A DNA stretch of 64,000 nucleotides from the human T2T-CHM13v2.0 reference genome, Homo sapiens, in contig CP086569.2 in the NCBI GenBank assembly GCA_009914755.4, forward strand, positions 18,176,001-18,240,000, read 5' to 3'. This document shows positions 58,400-64,000 of this stretch, one piece after another. A program made the translations under genes and the position numbers. The notes below the pieces were generated by a model. It ran no database searches. It was not told where the DNA came from and saw only the letters and a program-made list of their open reading frames with translations. Numbering within the stretch: position 1 is the first letter of the stretch; every line of letters begins with the position of its first letter.

Positions 58400-61300
58400 C
58401 ACAAGATTTATCTCAATATTTCAATTATATAATCTGTGATTTTAGTTAAGATATCAGTAAAGAATAATTATATCATATGTTTTCATGATAAAAATGTCAT
58501 GATTATTTTGCGAGACACATTGTGCAAACTCATTACTAAGGAAATGACAGTTAAAAATAGGAATGGTAACTAATGGAAAAAGTAAAAGTCACAACTTACT
58601 ACCATTGATGTTACAGATCCATATAGCTTGTAGTCAGCTTAGTGGATAGACTGCATACGTAACATTTACGTGGTAAGTAAAACTGCTCCCTCAAGTGTGT
58701 GTCCTCTTACATCCAACTCTGCATTATGGAAACAGGGAAAGTCTCATGCGAAAACAAGCCAAACCTTTTACAGTTCTGCAATGCACGGACCTGCTGCATA
58801 ATGCATAACATTTATATTTAACACCTATGTTAAATAGGTGGCTCATCTGTGGCTACATGGAAAAATGGAGTGTTTATTAATTTGTAGACAGGAGACACTT
58901 CCAACAACACACAGCTGGAGGCATTGAGTTTTTAAGGCAGCTTCCTTAATACAGCTGTTCTCTGGCTCTTGGCAGTTTAGAGACTGGCCTGCCAATTCAT
59001 CTTTAGCTGACCACAAATACTGCACATTTTTCAAAGCACTGGAGAGAATGGGTGGTTGATCAACCTAGCAGAAACATAAATTGCAGCTTGAATTAAAGCA
59101 TTATTAGTAGATAACGGTGATAGGCAGAGGTAGGATGGTTGGTTATTATTTGTCCCCCAGAAGCACATTTGAGTGCATCATAGTTCCTTGCTATGGTGGG
59201 CAGTGAAATCCCAATTTGATGTCCTGCAAGAACAGTACTCTGTCAGCGGGTGGTTAGACCACTGAGTGCAGAATCCACATTTGCATTTGCCTTTTGACTG
59301 TGTGCGGAAGAAAAACAACTAAAGGCACACTTTGGTCAGTGAGTTTTATTTTCCAATTCCTTAATTCTATTCAGTTATTATAATCATTTTGAACTTTTTT
59401 TCAATAAAATAAATTCATGGAGCTGAAAGGCTGCATGATGTTATCAGGAAACAGAATATTTCTTTGGTATCCTGGATGATTAAATGTGAATTTATTTGTT
59501 ATAATCTTCCTGAAGATTTAATCTGTCTCTAGTCATCTTATAGCAAAGTGCCAGAGAGAATCAGAGCTCTCTTCTAAAGAGAAAAATGAAAAAGGTTACA
59601 GACACTACCCCTGTAGCAACCTGTCAGAACAGGAGCATTTCTTGACTTTCAGATATTGTTCTTTTCCTTTCTTGTTTATTTATCCTGCATACCCATGAGA
59701 AAGAGCATTAAGATAGGAAGAAAACTCTGCCTGGAGTTTTCCATCTGACTGGTTTCTTCATTTCTTTCATTTTTTGATTATACAGCCATAATATTAGCCC
59801 TGATACAGTTTGTGCAAATAATAAATGAGACATGCTTTATTCTTGCATGTATAAATAAGTGAATGAAATTGGCCAACATAGGCTACAAGAATATTCCTGT
59901 CCTCCTCTGGACACCACTCCCCAAATTAATCTTGGTTAATATTGTTTTAATTAGAATTTTATCCCACAACTTCCTTCTGATTAAATCCATTCTTCCTTCT
60001 GATTAAATCCATTTCTAGTAAAATAAGTGACAATGTAAACTTGGTAAAATATCATTTATAGTTATAAAAATAAAATGAAACATCCCTAAATGCAAGATAA
60101 GGAAAAGGGCATATCTTAATACATCTATGTATTTGTGATATTCAGACTGTTCCTTCACTATTTGTTGCTTCAGTCCATGCATGCTCACAATGCTATGAAA
60201 GTTTGGTAAGGAATTCTTGTAAAGTGACAACCCAAATTCATAGGGCATTTTTTATTATATAACAACAAATACAAGAACCTAGAGAGCAGGTGTTAGTGCT
60301 TGGTTTTTGGGGCTGGATCTCCTTTGAGCATGTCCATCATGGACACCAAGTCATAGTCAAGAAATAGGTGGTGAAAATACAGGAAGAGCAAGTCAGATAG
60401 ATGAGTTTTGAAACTTATATCTTGGTAATCAATGCTGACCTATTTATCTTTCTTGTTGCTGAACCAGCAGATTAGGCTTCCTTCTCACTAAAAATCCACT
60501 TTCCCAAATTAAATGTCACATTTAGTGTGAGGTTCTATATGATGGGTTTATCATGTTATCTCTGGAATTAAATATGAGAGTTGCAATACACCTGGTGTCA
60601 TGTAAGTATTTAATGAACAAAGTAAGTATTCGGTGAACAAAGAAATTTGTTTCACCTGCAGGGTGACTTCTCAGAGGGAAGAATCATGGGGGCTTTATGC
60701 ACCAAGCTAAGAGGATTGTTCCCGATTCTACAGCAACAAGGAGAATACAGGGCATACTACAAATATACAGAGTCCTGTTTTAGCAGCATTGCTCTAAGAC
60801 CTTATGAAAGAGAAAAAAAGAAGTATTTGCACAGTCAAGGCAGGAGAATCTAGGGTCCCTATGAGTGAAGATGAACTGAAAAGAGGGGTGAGAAATATGA
60901 AAGAGAGAGAATTCATGGGACCTGAGTGTGAGTCAAGGAGTGGCCATCCCACTGATGTAATTGGATGGTGGTGTCATTGCTATTGGTAAACCTGAAGAGG
61001 ACAGAAGTAAATTTAAGTATAGTACATTTTGGTGTGAACACAAGCCAGTCTAGCTCCAACTAGACATGGCTAGAAGATATTTACAAAATGTTTTTGCATT
61101 CAGGAGAGACATAGAGACAGCAGGGAAGAAGTCTGCATATAGGTAAAGGCATGTGTGTATGCATGCAAAGAGGGACTGAATGTAATCTTTTAAACTAGGA
61201 AATCTCTAAGCTAATTACATTAAATCACACATGTACACCATCCTTAGCAATGTTTTTCCAATGCTTAAACAAGGGCTGATATGTACCTAGTGAAACCATG

Positions 61301-62022
61301 GACAAAATTTTGTAAAAGATATCTCTATGTGATCTCTTTAAACCTTGGTGTTGCATTTTGAAATTTAATGTATGCAGTGAAGAGCTACAAATAACATATG
61401 CTTTTTGACTTTGCAAAATAGAAAATGGAACTGATACCTGGAGGTTTCATTCTAATTCTGTTGTTTTTTTCCAGGACAGCATCAGAAGGTTTCTATCAAG
61501 GGGCAAGAAAGAAGTCATTTCACATTTCTCAAAACCCATTATTTAGGGATTAGTCAATGATCTTGTTTGCAGGGTGAGAATTTGGGAGATTGTTACAGGA
61601 TATTGCTCAATCAAGACAACAAGTAATATAACCCATTGTCATTCTGAATTCATACATTTCTTGAGGAGGAAATAACATGTGAAGTGGAAAGATATATTTT
61701 CATCAATTCATTTTTCCTATGAGTATATAACCTGCTAGACAGTTTGTACCCTTATCTCACTTCATCTTTTGCACAAATCTATTAAATGAATGGAAGTACA
61801 CAGCTATTCAGCAAATTACTCCCAGGTGCAAAGATACAGTATGTGAAGAAATCATCATAGGCAGCCTGATACCTTACTCACAAATCCACTGATATTTTGC
61901 ATCAGATGATTTTTTTTGTGGTGGGGACTGCCCTTTGCATTGTAGGATGATTTGCAGCATTTCTGGCCTCCACACTCTAGATGCCAGTAGCAGTACCTCT
62001 GCCAACTTAAAGATGTGACAAT

Positions 62023-62100
62023 TGGCTTGGCATGGTGGCTCACATGTGTAATCTTAGCACTTTGGGAGGCCCACATGGGTGAATAATTTTGCAGCCAGCC
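62023..62100 (+). mobile_element. Short Alu 5' fragment, sense
   Basis: The sequence reads 'ggcttggcatggtggctcacatgtgtaatcttagcactttgggaggcccacatgggtgaataattttgcagccagcc'. Confidence 0.7.
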
Positions 62101-64000
62101 AAAAGCCCATGGGATGTGTGACTTCAGCATTCCACCAGAGGCTATATGATCAAACAGCAAACTGTTTATCATGAATGCATGATGTGGGCAAACTCATACT
62201 GCCCTGCCAACAAAAGGTTTGCTGAGGGACATCACTCCCCAGCCCTGGGCTCCTTGAAGTTATCTACTGAGAAAATTAGAGCCTATTGTTCAAAGGATGC
62301 AGTTCAAGCCTGCTGTGAACCATACAGCTGACTGACAATTACCCGACAATCACCCCCCTCCTTCTTGCTGTCTCTTTCACCTGATAGACACAGATGCCTG
62401 TTTAAACCTCAGCGCCCTTGTCCATTAGAAGCAAGGTTCCCCTGACCCCTCCTTCCAAATATACTCTTTTGTCTCTTGTCTTTTGTTCCCAAGTTTTCAC
62501 CCTTTTTGTTCAGTTCCCCTAGGTCCCTGTGGGTTTTACAAGTTGTGCTCGAAGAGGTGACAGTCCAAACATGGGAGTTCCAGGACATGAACAAAGAACA
62601 TCTGCTCCAGCAAAGGAATTGAAATTGACAAGGCAAACGGGGACCCCAGGATGAGTTTGCCAGTGGCAGATATAAGGTCAGTGCCTTAAAGAGGTACTGA
62701 GAGCAGTGCTTTAAAGAAGTACTGGGAACGGAAAGTTTTCTGAATCATGGTAACAAGAGAAGAATTTCTCTATTGAAGAAAAACATTATGTGCAGTTTCT
62801 TAAAGTTCTGTTGAGACAGTCTGGAGCTCAGGTTCATTCTCAGGCACTAAGTAACCTTCTGCAGAAGCTACAAAATGTTATTATGCATAACCCATGGTTT
62901 CCACAGGCAGGCACTCTTGATGTGAGAAATTGTGATACAGCAGGAGGAGGATCAAAATAGGCTTATCAAAAAGGTCTTAAAGTTGATTCTTCTGTTTTCT
63001 CCACTTGGAGTTTAGTTTGTGCTGTACTTCTGCCATTATCTCCTTGTTATTCTCTGCAGCAGCAGGCTGAATCTCAAACTCTGAAAGAAACTGTTTTCCT
63101 TCCCATAGCTCCAATTGAAAATAAAAAACAGGAGAGGGAGGATAAAAATTGGTCTATACTGCCTCCTCCAATTGCCAAAACATCTGTACTGCCTCCTTCC
63201 ATAGCAGAAACAGAAACCCCAATACAGAGAATTTTACCCTTTGCTGCCATAGCGGGAGAGCCCTTAGGACCTTGTACTTTTCCTATTTCCATAAGGCCTG
63301 ATCCAAATAATTGACAGTAGTTTATTCATGAACACACCCCACTAGAATTATGTTGTTGAAGGAATTAAAAACTAGTGTGGTCAATAATACAGTACAAAGC
63401 CCATGGTTCCTGGAGGAAGGAATGTTAGATGTGGAACTTGGGGAACAAGTGGGGAGAAATCTTAAACAACATCAGGTATGAAGGCATCAGGTCCCAGTAA
63501 AATCTTTAATGTTATGGGCTTTAATTAGAGCAGCCTCAGCTCAGTTACACACAGAAGAGCCTAAAAAGAAGAAAGAGGAGAAAACATCACCTGCCTTATC
63601 ACCTCCTCTTCCCTCAGCCCCAATATCAACCGGCCAAAATAGCAAAGAGGAAACAGAGGTCTTACCTAATCCTCCACTTCCAATAGATAGGAAAGAAGAC
63701 AGAGAATATGCTACAGCTATCTGTTCATGTCTTAAGCAGGCAGTGCTAGAAGGAGAGCTCTTAACCTGCTCAGTAATGCAAAATCAACAAGGCAATCAGG
63801 TGTATATTTCTAAAAGATAAGAAAAAAGGCATTGAAACTGTGTGGCTCAGAAAAGGCACAGTGGCAAGAAAGCTAGCAGCGACCATGGCCGCAAGGTTTG
63901 CCCAGGCCAGCAGCATGCCCCAGCAAAGGAGGGAGGGAGCAGCACAGGCAGGCAAAGCTTCTAAAAGTACAATGTGGCCACTGCCCAGGACCTGCACCAC

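Overview
This window reads as primate (very likely human) nuclear DNA from an AT-rich, repeat-dense intergenic or deep-intronic region. It is not a prokaryotic locus and contains no operon-like structure. The evidence is direct. There are about 20 Alu SINEs, all with the diagnostic 'ggccgggcgcggtggctcacgcctgtaatcccagcactttgggaggc...' or, on the minus strand, 'tttttgagacggagtctcgctctgtcgcccaggctggagtgcagtgg...' signatures. There is a near full-length L1PA element at 42.1-48.2 kb, a 5'-inverted (twin-priming-type) L1 at 51.8-54.6 kb, and an internally deleted older L1 at 33.9-37.2 kb. Several further L1 fragments are present, along with THE1/MST (ERVL-MaLR) LTRs and a Tigger-family DNA transposon end. 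Three large low-complexity blocks dominate the rest of the window: a ~3.4 kb AT-rich satellite-like array at 3.6-7.0 kb, a ~0.5 kb CT-rich tract at 41.4-41.9 kb, and a ~2 kb polypurine (GA-rich) tract at 55.3-57.3 kb. I could not support any host protein-coding exon, RNA gene, CRISPR array or defence-type gene cluster. Every long ORF in the supplied track is either a decayed L1 ORF1/ORF2 remnant or a stop-free translation of low-complexity repeat. The hypothesised novel biological system is therefore not supported by what I can see. The observations most worth a second look are structural. These are the higher-order AT-rich array, the 2 kb H-DNA-prone purine tract, the twin-primed L1, the ORF1-to-ORF2-C-terminus deleted L1, a few local tandem duplications, and a possible ERV-like LTR and gag-like segment at the 3' edge. 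All coordinates are approximate (about +/-10 bp) because they were read by eye.
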